Positions 21,201 to 31,726 of a stretch of 64,000 nucleotides of DNA are shown piece by piece. Position 1 is the stretch's first letter. Every line of letters starts with the position of its first letter. Both the position numbers and the translations under genes were made by a program. The stretch is from Squalus acanthias. Taxonomy: Eukaryota. The stretch spans positions 62,001 through 126,000 of the forward strand of contig JASTWF010000337.1 in NCBI GenBank assembly GCA_030390025.1, written 5' to 3'. The notes below the pieces were generated by a model. The model made no database searches. It was not told where the DNA came from and saw only the letters and a program-made list of their open reading frames with translations.

Positions 21201-22417
21201 CTACATAAGTCCTTGAGCACCAAAAGCCGGGTGGAGGGATACCTGTGACCATTAAGTATTATTTCAACCCTACAAAAGCCAGAAATTCTGGTATTAAGTG
21301 ATGACTGAGCCATCGCAACTGCCTGGTCCGATGGGAAAACATGTAGCTTTAACTCTGCAACAATCTGTTCCCTAATGAAACTATCAGTGCTACCTGAGTC
21401 AATTAAGGCATCTAAAGTATGTCCATTAATTGATGCTTTTGTAGCTGCATGGAATAGGTTCTGAGGACAAGCAGCTGTAATTGGTGTCGTTGCACAAAGA
21501 GTGGCTGAAACTCTAGGTGTGTTTCTTCGAGAGGAAGCACGATAGATTTTAGCCGAAACATCTTGATAGGCCCTTACCGGGGCAGTTCGGTAGGACTTAG
21601 CTTGATAAGCCCTCGTAGAGGCTCTTGATAGGCAAACCTTTGCAAAATGACCCTTTTTGTTGCAATGACTGCAAAACGCATTGCGAGCAGGGCAGAATTT
21701 CCGAGGGTGGAACTCATCACCACAAAAGAAGCATTTCTTAGATTGCCAAGAGGCTGCCACAGTGGGGTCATCATCCTCTTCATCAGTGAAGTCATCAGAT
21801 TGATCGTCAGGGATAAAGACCTCCCTAATAGAGTTCACCTGTGGCCTCTTAAATTGCCTGACTGTAGTTAAGGCAGTAGACCGAGGTCTGGGCACTGTAT
21901 AAAGGTCTGCATTTCTTTTTGCCAGATCTAGAGAGCAAGCCATGTCATAAGCTCTCTGAAGCTCAAGTGTCTTACTTTCCAGTAGACGCTGGCGTATAAA
22001 TGGGGAGGCAAGCCCGCAGATGAAAGCATCACGGATCATTTCTTCATGGTACAGCTCAGCTGAGGCCGCCTGAAAGTTACAGTCCATACTAAGTCTGCGA
22101 AGCTCTTGGAGGAATTTATCAATGGATTCCTCCGGCCCTTGTTGGGCTGCAGCAAGTAGATGTCTGGCATAGACCTAATTCGGTGTCTTAGTATATAGTC
22201 TCTTAAGCTTCCGAATTGCCTCCTCGTAACTGTCCCATTCCTCCACATACTGAAATACATTTGGGGTGACACAGTTGATGAGTATCCGCAACTTTGAGTC
22301 ATCATCAGCCTTACAATATTCCAGAAAATTGTCAAACGTGCAGTATTTATCCTGGACTAATCACAGGAAGTGATGCAATAAAGTTCGAGTCACAGGAAGC
22401 TGTATTGTGTTACCACA
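18227..22417 (-). mobile_element. Ty3/Gypsy LTR retrotransposon (probably Mag-like) with a partly deleted 5' LTR
   Basis: 195-bp 3' LTR at 18227-18421 (TGTGG...CGACA on minus); 77-bp 5' LTR remnant at 22341-22417; GTGAG on both flanks (18222-18226, 22418-22422); gag-PR-RT-RH-IN order. Confidence 0.92.
18485..22087 (-). CDS. Gag-Pol polyprotein (1200 aa open; upstream gag part 22088-22340 is frameshifted)
   Basis: Two zinc knuckles (CFFCGDEFH....C and CSHCNKKGHFAKVC), protease LIDSGS, RT (DLKSAYHQ, LPFG, YLDN), RNase H (CDAS, EKEA, TDQ), integrase HHCC and DDE core (SIDFKGP, SDRG, GQVER). Confidence 0.93.
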   Translation of the reverse strand: MDCNFQAASAELYHEEMIRDAFICGLASPFIRQRLLESKTLELQRAYDMACSLDLAKRNADLYTVPRPRSTALTTVRQFKRPQVNSIREVFIPDDQSDDFTDEEDDDPTVAASWQSKKCFFCGDEFHPRKFCPARNAFCSHCNKKGHFAKVCLSRASTRAYQAKSYRTAPVRAYQDVSAKIYRASSRRNTPRVSATLCATTPITAACPQNLFHAATKASINGHTLDALIDSGSTDSFIREQIVAELKLHVFPSDQAVAMAQSSLNTRISGFCRVEIILNGHRYPSTRLLVLKDLCSDLILGLDFQKQHKKLTIEFGGSKPELPISNILPRLPFCALSAASLDEPSLFSSIPPRCKPIITKSRRFSQEDQSFIAAEISRLLAEDIIEPCSSPWRAQVVIVKNPLQPHKKRLCIDYSQTINQYTDLDAYPLPRIDDMVNKLAEYTVFSTYDLKSAYHQVPLKVSDKQYTAFEANGRLYQFRRLPFGVTNGVAVFQRAMDDLVKQEDLKDTFPYLDNITVTGRNQREHDANLQRFWDALQHRNLTLNAAKSIESQPTINILGYCVGNGIIKPDPERLRPLQELPPPKNPASLRRALGLFAYYAKWIPNFSDRIQPLLKASTFPLDTAAVAAFNLLKKQLQKATLHSIDESLPFVVECDASEVAISATLNQEGRPVAFLSRTFQGTELHYPPVEKEATAIIEAVRKWSHLLARQHFTFITDQRSVAFMLDNRKRTKIKNNKIQLWRLELASFGYTIHYRPGKENVAPDTLTRAFCSAMAPSTLVDIHDGLCHPGVTRMLHFVRSRNLPFSTGDVKKMCSDCRVCAELKPRFFRPSGGILIHATQPMQWLSIDFKGPLPSSTRNTHLLTMVDEYSRFPFAFPCPNMLTSTVISCLEQVFAFCGMASYVHSDRGPSFMSGELKAYLSERGIAASKTTPYHPVGNGQVERFNAIIWNAVRLALRSRGLPNQQWEAVLPDALHSTRSLLSTATNTTPHERFFRFQRRSSYGISLPSWLTAPGPVLLRRYVRASKNDPLVDEVELTDVNPTYAYIRYPDGRESTVSLRDLAPCPPKHRGTPGDDIVPGTSLGSPGASHHDLDLTPAGTSLQRADLGQTDYEPVGARTRSHVPPCTVRSETDLPQPCPTPVRAPVHSQDRPDPSQSGLDHSDSGPRPAAGKRARGPLPLREPKRVRLSLVQRLRNGGRMW

Positions 22418-23167
22418 GTGAGTGTGTGAGAGAGACTGTGAGTGTGTGTGAGAGACATTGAGTGTGTGTGAGAGACTGTGAGTGTGTGAGAGAGACTGTG
22501 AGTGTGTGTGAGAGACTGTGGGTGTGTGAGAGAGACTGTGAGTGTGTGAGAGAGACTGTGAGTGTGTGAAAGAGACTATGAGTGTGTGAGAGAGACTGTG
22601 AGTGTGTGAGAGAGACAGTGAGTGTGTGAAAGAGACAGTGAGTGTGTGGGAGAGACTGTGAGTGTGTGAGAGAGACTGTGAGTGTGTGAGAGAGACTGTG
22701 AGTGTGTGAGAGAGACTGTGAGTGTGTGAGAGAGACTGTGAGTGTGAGAGAGAGACTGTGAGTGTGTGAGAGAGACTGTGAGTGTGTGAGAGAGACTGTG
22801 AGTGTGAGAGAGAGACTGTGAGTGTGTGAGAGAGACTGTGAGTGTGTGAGAGACTGAGTGTGTGAGAGACTGAGTGTGTGAGAGACTGTGAGTGTGTGCG
22901 GGAGACTGAGTGTGTGAGAGAGACAGTGAGTGTGAGACTGAGTGTGTGAGAGAGACTGTGAGTGTGTGAGAGAGACTGTGAGTGTGTGAGACTGTGAGTG
23001 TGTGAGAGAGACTGTGAGTGTGTGAGAGAGACTGTGAGTGTGTGAGTGACTCAGTGTGTGAGAGACTGTGAGTGTGTGTGAGAGACTGTGAGTGTTTGAG
23101 AGAGACAGTGAGTGTGTGAGAGAGACTGTGAGTGTGTGAGAGAGACTGTGAGTGTGTGAGAGAGACA
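22418..23167. repeat. Satellite (20-bp monomer type)
   Basis: Tandem array seen directly. Confidence 0.95.
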
Positions 23168-23718
23168 CACCTCAGACCTTATCTGAGGAAGGATGTTCTT
23201 GCCATGGTAGGAGTTCAGCGAAGATTCACAAGGCTGATACCTGGGATGGCAGCAATGACATATGAGGAGAGATTGGGTCGATTGGGCTTATACTCACTGG
23301 AGTATAGAAGAATGAGAGGGGATCTCATCGAAACATATAAAATTCTGACAGGTCTGGACAAACTAGATGCAGGAAGAATGTTCCCGATGGTCGGAGAGTC
23401 CAGAACCAGGGGTCATAATCTACGGATAACAGGTAAACCATTTAGGACAGAAATGAGGAAGAATTTCTTCACCCAGAGAGTGGAGAACCTGTGGAATTCT
23501 CTACCACAGAAGGTAGTTGAGGCGAAGTCATTAAATATATTCAAGGTTGAGTTAGATATATTTCTCAAAGCTAAAGGTATCAAGAGATATGGGGAGAAGG
23601 CAGGTACAGGGTACTGAGTTTAGATGATCAGCCATGATCTCATCGAATGGCGGAGCAGGCTCGAGGGGCCGAATGGCCTACTCCTGCTCCTATCTTCTAT
23701 GTTTCTATGTTTCTATGT
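23168..23718 (+). mobile_element. CR1 LINE 3' fragment (different subfamily)
   Basis: PYLRKD...VQRRFTRLIPG...YEERL..LGLYSLE.RRMRGDLIE ORF2 tail, 3' stem-loop and (TTCTATGT)n tail. Confidence 0.92.
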
Positions 23719-24413
23719 GTGAGAGACTGTGAGTGTATGAGAGAGACTGTGAGTGTGTGAGAGACTGAGTGCGTGAGAGACTGAGTGTGTGAGAGACTGT
23801 GAGTGTGTGCGGGAGACTGTGAGTGTGTGAGAGAGACTGTGAGTGTGTGAGAGAGACAGTGAGTGTGTGTGAGAGACTGTGAGTGTGTGAGAGACTGAGT
23901 GCGTGAGAGACTGAGTGTGTGAGAGACTGTGAGTGTGTGCGGGAGACTGTGAGTGTGTGAGAGAGACTGTGAGTGTGTGTGAGAGACTGTGAGTGTGTGA
24001 GAGAGATTGTGAGTGTGTGTGAGAGACTGAGTGTGTGAGAGACTGAGTGTGTGAGAGACTGTGAGTATGTGAGAGAGATTGTGAGTGTGTATGAGAGACT
24101 GTGAGTGTGTGAGGGAGATTGTGAGTGTGTGAGACTGAGTGTGTGAGAGACTGTGAGTGTGTGAGAGAGACTGTGAGTGTGTGAGAGACTGAGCGTGTGA
24201 GAGACTGAGTGTGTGAGAGAGACTGTGAGTGTGTATGAGAGATTGTGAGTGTGTGAGACTGAGTGTGTGAGAGACTGAGTGTGTGAGAGAGACTGTGAGT
24301 GTGTATGAAAGATTGTGAGTGTGTGAAACTGAGTGTGTGAGAGACTGTGAGTGTTTGCGAGACTGAGTGTGTGAGAGACTGAGAGTGTGAGAGAGACTGT
24401 GACTGTGTGTGAG
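23719..24413. repeat. Satellite
   Basis: Tandem array seen directly. Confidence 0.95.
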
Positions 24414-27165
24414 AGGTAGAAATAGGAAAGAGGTTCTGCTGAGAGAGTATGAGCAGCTGGGGTCTAAATTAAAAAGCAGAATCTCAAGGGTAATAATGTC
24501 TGCATTATTACCTGAGCTACGAGCAAATTGGCATAGGGTAAATAAAATTAGAGAGATGAATGCGTGGCTCAAAGACTGGTGTGGGAGAAATGGGTTTCAA
24601 TTCCTGGGGCACTGGCACCAGTACTGGGGAAAGTGGGATCTGTATCGTTGGGACGGTCTTCACCTGAACCGTGCTGGGACCAGTGTTCTGGCGAGTCGTA
24701 TAACTAGGGCAGTAGAGAGGGCTTTAAACTAAATATTGGGGGCATGGGATCAAATTTGGGAAGATGTGGTAATTCAAAGATTAGAGACAAGGCAATAGAG
24801 AAAGGTATTAATATGGGAAATGATAAACAGACCGTGACAGGAAGGGATAGAGAGTACAAATCTAAGAGTAAATCAACAGTTAAGGCTAGAGGTTACAAAA
24901 ATAATAAAAGGACAAAACTAAAGGCTCTGCATCTGAATGCACGTTGTATTCGAAACAAAACAGATGAACTGATAGCGCAAATAGAAATAAATAAATATGA
25001 TCTGATAGCCATTACAGAAACATGGCTGCAGGATGACATAGATTGGGACCTGAATATTGAAGGGTACATGACATTTAGGAAGGACAGGAAGGTGGGAAAA
25101 GGTGGAGGGGTGGCTCTGTTAATTAATGATGGTATTAGCACAATAGAGAGGGATGACCTAAGTTCAGGAAACCAGGATGTAGAAGCGGTTTGGGTAGAGA
25201 TGAGAAATAATAAAGGCAAGAAGTCACTTGTGGGAGTGGTGTACAGGCCCCCTAACAGTAACCACACGGTAGGATGGAGTATAAAGAAAGAAATAATGGG
25301 AGCTTGTCAGAAGAGTACGGCAATAATCATGGGGGATTTTAATCTGCATATAGACTGGAAAAATCAGATGGGCAAAGGTAGCATAGATGAGGAGTTCATG
25401 GAATATTTTCGGGATAGTTTCTTACAACAGCACGTTCTGGAGCCAACCAGAGAGCAGGCTATACTAGACCTGGTATTGTGCAACGAGATAGGATTAATTA
25501 ATGACCTCATAGTGAAGGTACCCCTAGGTAGCAGCGATCATAATATGATTGAATTTTACATTCTGTTTGAGAGAGAGAAGAGTGGGTCCAAGACTAGTAT
25601 TTTAAACTTAAATAAGGGCAATTATGAGGGCATGAAAGCAGAGCTAGCTAAAGTGAACTGGCAAATTAGGTTAAGGGATAGGTCAATAGAGTTGCAGTGG
25701 CAGACATTTAAGGGGATATTTCAAAATACACAGAATATATACATTCCAACAAGAAAGAAAAATTCCAAGGGGAGGACCCACCATTCGTGATTAACTAAAA
25801 AAGTTAAAGATATTATTAAACTTAAAGAAAAAGCATATAATTGCGCAAAGATGGGTGGCAGGTCAGAAAATATAAAAATATAAAAAACAGCAAAGAATGA
25901 CTAAAAGATTAATAAGGAGAGAAAAATTAGAGTACGAGAGAAAGCTAGCTAGAAATATAAAAACAGATAGTGAGAGTTTCTATAGATATTTAAAGAAAGA
26001 GTTAACAAAGTGAGCGTTGGTCCTATAAAAAGCGAGTCTGGGGAATTAATAATGGAAAATAAGGAGATGGCAGTTGAATTGAACAGGTATTTTGCATTGG
26101 TCTTCACTATAGAGGATACAAGTAACATCCCAGAAATAGCTGAATATCAGGAAATGGAAGGGACGGAGGAACTCAAGAAAATTATAATCACCAGGGAAGT
26201 GGTACTGAGCAAATTGTTGGAGCTGCGGGCTGACAAGTCCCCGGGTCCTGATGGACCTCATCCTAGGGTCTTAGAAGAAGTGGCTAGTGAGATAGTTGAT
26301 GCGTTGGTTTTAATTTTCCAAAATTCCCTAGATTCGGGGAAAGTTCCATTAGATTGGAAAATAGCGAATGTAACTCCTTTATTCAAAATGGAGGGAGACA
26401 GAAAGCAGGAAACTACAGGCCAGTTAGCTTAACATCTGTCATAGGGAAGATGTTAGAAGCTATTATTAAAGACGTTATAGCAGGGCACTTAGAAAAGTTC
26501 AAAGTAATCAGGCAGAGTCAACATGGTTTTGTGAAAGGGAAATCATGTTTAACCAATTTATTGGAGTTTTTGAGGAAGTAACATGTGCTGTGGATAAAGG
26601 GGAACCGGTGGATGTACTGTACTTAGATTTCCAGAAGGCATTTGATAAGGTGTCACATCAAAGGCTTTTGCTGAAAATAAAAGTTCATGGTGTAGGGGGT
26701 AACATATTGGCATGGATAGAAGATTGGCTAGCTAACAGGAAACAGAGAGTAGGCATAAATGGGTAATTTTCTGATTGACAAGATGTAACGAGTGGTGTGC
26801 CACAGGGACCAGTGCTGGGGCTTCAACTTTTTACAATTTATATAAATGACTTGGATGAAGGGACCGAAGGTATGGTTGCTAAATTTGCTGATGACACAAA
26901 GATAGTTAGGAAAGTAAATTGTGACGAGGACATAAGGAGGCTACAAAGGGATATAGATAGGTTAAGTGAGTGGGCAAAGATCTGTCAAATGGAGTACAAT
27001 GTGGGAAAATGTGAAGTTGTCCATTTTGGCAGGAAGAATAAAAAAGAAGCATATTATCTAAATGGTGAGAGATTGCGGAGCTCTGAGATACAGAGGGATC
27101 TGGGTGTCCTAGTGCATGAAACGCAAAAGGTTACTATACAGGTACAGCAAGTAATTAGGAAAGCT
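24414..27165 (+). mobile_element. Older CR1 LINE, 5' part (ORF1 esterase C-terminus; ORF2 endonuclease and RT with stops and frameshifts)
   Basis: DGLHLN ORF1 end at 24732; APE motifs (ITETWL, VYRPP, MGDFN, SDH); RT pieces (YRPVSLTS, LDFQKAFDKV, PQG..LG, KFADDT). Continues at 31727. Confidence 0.93.
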
Positions 27166-27193
27166 TATTAGCTTTCCTAATTACTTGCTGTAC
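27142..27193. repeat. Perfect 24-bp inverted repeat with 4-nt loop at the CR1/CR1 junction
   Basis: GTACAGCAAGTAATTAGGAAAGCT-TATT-AGCTTTCCTAATTACTTGCTGTAC. Confidence 0.95.
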
Positions 27194-27431
27194 ATAAGAA
27201 CATAAGAACATAAGAAATAGGAGCAGGAGTAGGCCAATCGGCCCATCGAGCCTGCTCCGCCATTCAATAAGATCATGGCTGATCTGATCCTAACCGCCAA
27301 TCTACTATCTATCACAGAAACATCTCCTGCATCTAACAGAATTGCACACACGAAATAGGAGCAGAATCAGGCTACACAGTCCCTGGGCCCGCTCCACTAC
27401 CCACAGGGCCATGACCGATCCGAACCTAGAC

Positions 27432-30383
27432 TCATGTCCAAATTCCTGCCCGCTCCCCGTAACCCTTAATGCCCTTTACTTCTAGGAAACTGTCTATTTC
27501 TGTTTTAAATTTAATTAATGTTGTAGCTTCTACAGCTTTTTGTGGCAGCATATTCCATGGACCTACCACCCTCTGAGTGAAGTAGTTCCTCCTCATCTCA
27601 GTTTTGAAAGAGCAGCCCCTTATTCTAAGACTATGTCCCCTAGTTCTCGTCTCACCCGTCATCGGGAACATCCTCCCCGCATCCACCCGATCCAACCCCT
27701 TCACAATCTTATATGTTTCAATAAGATCGCCTCTCATTCTTCTGAACTCCAATGAGTAGAGTCCCAATCTACCCAACCTCTCCTCATATGACCACCCCCT
27801 CATCTCCGGGATTAACCGAGTGAACCTTTTTTGCACTGCCTCGAGAGCAAGGATGTCTTTCCTTAAGTAAGGACACCAAAACTGTATGCAGTATTCCAGG
27901 TGCGGTCTCACCAATACCTTGTACAACTGAAGCAATACCTCCCTATTTTTATATTCTATCCCCCTAGCAATGAAAGCCAACATTCCATTTGCCTTCTTAA
28001 TCACTTGCTGCACCTGCATACTAACCTTTTGAGTTTCGTGCACCAGGACCCCCAGATCCCTTTGCACTTCAGTACTCTCCAGTTTCTTGCCATTAAGATA
28101 ATAAATTGCTCTAGGATTTTTCCTGCCAAAGTGCATCACCTCACACTTTCCAGTGCTGTATTCCATCTGCCAAATCTCTGCCCACTTACTTAGCCTGTCT
28201 ATGTCCCCTTGCAGGTTTTTTATGTCCTCCTCACTCACTACTTTCCCTCCCATCTTTGTATCATCTGCAAATTTTGATATGTTACACTTGGTCCCTTCCT
28301 CCAAATCGTTAATATAGATTGTGAAGAGTTGGGGACCCAGCACTGACCCCTGTGGAACACCACTAGTTACTGATTGCCAGTCTGAGAATGAACCATTTAT
28401 CCCAACTCTTTGCTTTCTGTTAGATAGCCAATCTTCTATCCATGCCAGAATATTACCCCCAATCCCGTGATTTTTTACCTTAAGCAATAATCTTTTGTGT
28501 GGCACCTTGTCAAATGCCTTTTGGAAGTCTAAATACACTACGTCCACTGGTTCCCCTTTATCCACTCTATATGTTACTTCCTCAAAGAACTCCAGCAAAT
28601 TTGTCAAACATGACTTCCCCTTCGTAAAACCATGCTGACTTTGTCCTATTAAATTATGATTATCCAAATGTCTTGTTACTGTTTCCTTAATAATGGACTC
28701 CAAAATTTTACCTACCACAGATGTTAGGCTAACCGGTCTATAGTTACCAGCCTTCTGTCTACTGCCCTTTTTAAATAAGGGTGTTACATTAGCAGTTTTC
28801 CAGTCTGCCGGGACCTTAGCGGAATCCAGGGAGTTTTGAAAAATTATTACCAATGCATCTACAATCCCTACCGCCACTTCCTTCAAGACTCTAGGATGTA
28901 AGCCATCAGGTCCAGGTGATTTATCCGCCTTGAGTCCCATTATTTTACCGAGTACCACTTCCTTAGTGATTTTGATCGTGTTTAGCTCCTCTCCCCCTAT
29001 AGCCCCCTGTTTGTCCAGTGTTGGGATATTCTTAGTGTCCTCTACTGTAAAGACTGATACAAAATATTCATTCAGTGTTTTTGCCATCTCCATATTTCCC
29101 ACCATTAATTTCCCGGTCTCATCCTCTAAGGGACCAACATTTACTTTAGCCACCCTTTTTCTTTTTATATAACTATAAAAACTCTTACTATCTGTTTTTA
29201 TATTTTTTGCTAATTTACTTTCATAATCTATCTTCCCTTTCTTAATCAATCTTTTTGTTATTTTTTGCTGCCTTTTAAAGTTTTCCCAATCCTCTGTCCT
29301 CCCACTAGATTTCGCTACCTTATATGCCCTTGTTTTTAGTCGAATACTATCCTTAATTTCTTTACTTAGCCACGGATGACTGTCCTTTCTTTTACACCCT
29401 TTTCTTTTCAGTGGAATATATTTTTTTTGGAAGTTGTAAAATAACTCCTTGAATGTACACCACTGATCATGTGTCGTCTTACCCTTTAATCTATTTTCCC
29501 AATCCACTCTACTCAATTCCGCTCGCATACCTTCATAGTCTCCTTTATTCAAGCTTAGCACGCTTGTTTGAGATCCAACCTTCTCACCCTCTAATTGAAT
29601 ATGGAATTCAACCATGTTATGGTCACTCATTCCAAGGGGATCCTTTACTAGGACATTTTTAATTAATCCTGTCTCGTTACACAGGACCAGATCTAAGGTT
29701 GCTTGCCCCCTGGTCGGTTCAGTTACATACTGCTCAAGAAACCCATCCCTAATACACTCAATGAACTCATCCTCAAGGCAGCCCTGCCCCATTTGATTTG
29801 TCCAATTAATATGATAGTTAAAATCCCCCATAATTATAGATGTTCCCTTATTACATGCCTCAACTATTTCCTGATTGATACTCCGTCCAATAGAGTTGCA
29901 ACTGTTCGGAGGCCTATAGACTACGCCCACTAATGTTTTTTTCCCCTTATTATTCCTTATCTCCACCCAAACTGTTTCATTATCATGATTTTTTGACCCA
30001 ATATCATTACTCTGTATTACAGTGATTCCTTCCTTTATTAACATAGCCACCCCACCTCCCCTTCCTTCCTGCCTGTCCTTCCTGATCGTTAAATAATCTG
30101 GTATGTTTAATTCCCAGGCATTGTCACCCTGCAGCCATGTTTCTGTAATGGCCACAATATCATAACCATATGTAGTTATTTGTGCCATTAACTCGTCTAT
30201 TTTGTTACGAATGCTACGTGCATTCAGATAGAGAACTTTCAAATATGCTTTGTGGCACTTAGTTCCTGCTTTTTCACTTTTTACCAGTTTACCTTTTACT
30301 CCACACACTCTGTCCCTTCCTGCCACGCTCTGATTTGTGATTCCCCTACTGCTACCTATGTCTATGACCCTCTCTGTTGTCAT
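27432..30383 (-). CDS. CR1 ORF2: apurinic endonuclease plus reverse transcriptase (983 aa, intact)
   Basis: YLNARSI, ITETWL, MGDFN, SDH; KSPGPDG, NYRPVSLTS, LDFQKAFDKV, GVPQGSVLGP, KFADDT. Confidence 0.96.
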   Translation of the reverse strand: MTTERVIDIGSSRGITNQSVAGRDRVCGVKGKLVKSEKAGTKCHKAYLKVLYLNARSIRNKIDELMAQITTYGYDIVAITETWLQGDNAWELNIPDYLTIRKDRQEGRGGGVAMLIKEGITVIQSNDIGSKNHDNETVWVEIRNNKGKKTLVGVVYRPPNSCNSIGRSINQEIVEACNKGTSIIMGDFNYHINWTNQMGQGCLEDEFIECIRDGFLEQYVTEPTRGQATLDLVLCNETGLIKNVLVKDPLGMSDHNMVEFHIQLEGEKVGSQTSVLSLNKGDYEGMRAELSRVDWENRLKGKTTHDQWCTFKELFYNFQKKYIPLKRKGCKRKDSHPWLSKEIKDSIRLKTRAYKVAKSSGRTEDWENFKRQQKITKRLIKKGKIDYESKLAKNIKTDSKSFYSYIKRKRVAKVNVGPLEDETGKLMVGNMEMAKTLNEYFVSVFTVEDTKNIPTLDKQGAIGGEELNTIKITKEVVLGKIMGLKADKSPGPDGLHPRVLKEVAVGIVDALVIIFQNSLDSAKVPADWKTANVTPLFKKGSRQKAGNYRPVSLTSVVGKILESIIKETVTRHLDNHNLIGQSQHGFTKGKSCLTNLLEFFEEVTYRVDKGEPVDVVYLDFQKAFDKVPHKRLLLKVKNHGIGGNILAWIEDWLSNRKQRVGINGSFSDWQSVTSGVPQGSVLGPQLFTIYINDLEEGTKCNISKFADDTKMGGKVVSEEDIKNLQGDIDRLSKWAEIWQMEYSTGKCEVMHFGRKNPRAIYYLNGKKLESTEVQRDLGVLVHETQKVSMQVQQVIKKANGMLAFIARGIEYKNREVLLQLYKVLVRPHLEYCIQFWCPYLRKDILALEAVQKRFTRLIPEMRGWSYEERLGRLGLYSLEFRRMRGDLIETYKIVKGLDRVDAGRMFPMTGETRTRGHSLRIRGCSFKTEMRRNYFTQRVVGPWNMLPQKAVEATTLIKFKTEIDSFLEVKGIKGYGERAGIWT

Positions 30384-30421
30384 TTTTATTTTTTGCTCTC
30401 TTGAAACCTCCCCCCCACTAA

Positions 30422-31378
30422 TTAGTTTAAAGCCCTCTCCACAGCCCTAGTTATTCGATTCGCCAGGACACTAGTCCCAGCACTGGCCAAGTGAAGTCCG
30501 TCCCAACGGAACAGCTCTCTCCTGCCCCAGTACTGGTGCCAGTGTCCCAAGAAGCAAAACCCATTTTTCCCACACCAGTCTTTGAGCCACGCATTCAACT
30601 CCCTGATTTTATTTACCCTAGCCAAATTTGCTCGTGGCTCAGGTAGTAATCCAGAGATTATTACCCTCGAGGTTCTGCTTTTTAATTTGGCCCCTAGCTG
30701 CTCAAACTCCCTCAGCAGAACCTCTTTCCTTGTCCTATCTATGTCATTGGTACCAACATGGACCACTACAACTGGATCCTCCCCCTCCCACTCCAAGTTT
30801 CTCTCCAGCCCAGAGGAGATGTCCTTAACCCTGGCACCGGGCAGGCAACACAGCCTTCGGGACTCTCGCTCTTGGCTGCAAAGAACCCTATCTATCCCCC
30901 TAATGATACTATCCCCTACCACTACAACATTTCTTTTTACTCCCCCCACTTGAATGGCCCCCCTTACCACGGTGCTGTGGCCAGGTTGCTCATCCTCCCT
31001 GCAGTCCCCGCTCCTATCCACACAGGGAGTAAGAGCGTCGAACCTGTTGGACAAGAGCAAGGGCTGCGGCTCCTCCAACACTACCTCCTGGATCCCTGTA
31101 CCTGCCTCACTCGTAGTCACACCTTCCTGTCCCTGACCACGGGCTACTTCTGAATTAGTTACTCTAATTGGTGTGACTACCTCCTGAAACACGGAGTCCA
31201 GGTAACTCTCCCCCTCCCTGATGTGTCGCAGTGTTTGAAGCTCGGACTCCAGCTCATCAACACGGAGCCGGAGTTCCTCGAGCAGCCAACACTTACTGCA
31301 AATGTGTTCACCGTGAACATCAATGGTGTCCACCAGCTCCCACATATTGCAGCAGTAACACATCACCTGCTCTCCCAT
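30422..31378 (-). CDS. CR1 ORF1: zinc finger/leucine zipper plus SGNH esterase domain (318 aa, intact)
   Basis: CxxC...CxxC followed by a heptad repeat, then VVVVGDSII, VHVGTND and DGLHL. Confidence 0.93.
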   Translation of the reverse strand: MGEQVMCYCCNMWELVDTIDVHGEHICSKCWLLEELRLRVDELESELQTLRHIREGESYLDSVFQEVVTPIRVTNSEVARGQGQEGVTTSEAGTGIQEVVLEEPQPLLLSNRFDALTPCVDRSGDCREDEQPGHSTVVRGAIQVGGVKRNVVVVGDSIIRGIDRVLCSQERESRRLCCLPGARVKDISSGLERNLEWEGEDPVVVVHVGTNDIDRTRKEVLLREFEQLGAKLKSRTSRVIISGLLPEPRANLARVNKIRELNAWLKDWCGKNGFCFLGHWHQYWGRRELFRWDGLHLASAGTSVLANRITRAVERALN

Positions 31379-31726
31379 TCTATGTAATTAATTAAAAATG
31401 TATTATTTACTGTTCAGTTAATTTATGCCAGCAGTCTCTGCTACACCACAGATACCCGAGAAACAATAAAATTGAAGTTTTGTATAAAAAAAAAAGAGAA
31501 ATACTCACCAACCAATCACTTACCTGCTTTCTGGTGATGTCACACTTCGATTATTTTTTACCTCTCTCCTGCTCTCGGCTTGGTGAAAGCCTACTTGGTC
31601 GCTGCCGCCTTTTACCGCCGCCGCCTCGCCGCTGTTGCTCCACCCAGGTCCGCCTCACTCTCTGTCCTGTGGCAGTTTGTTCTGAGTCTCCTCACTCTGT
31701 CCTGTGACCTGTATAGTAACCTTTTG

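Larger units (their letters stand above)
27194..31706 (-). mobile_element. Apparently full-length CR1 LINE with intact ORF1 and ORF2, nested in the older CR1
   Basis: About 330-bp 5' UTR, ORF1, 38-bp spacer, ORF2, 3' UTR with stem-loop and (TTCTTATG)n tail. Confidence 0.95.

Noticed and set aside
18222..22422. GTGAG target-site duplication as proof of target specificity
   Set aside because: GTGAG occurs in almost every satellite monomer, so it is compatible with a 5-bp TSD but uninformative about specificity.
27540..31153. Antisense ORFs over the CR1 (and similar ones over env and Gypsy pol)
   Set aside because: Shadow ORFs opposite genuine coding frames, with no independent motifs.
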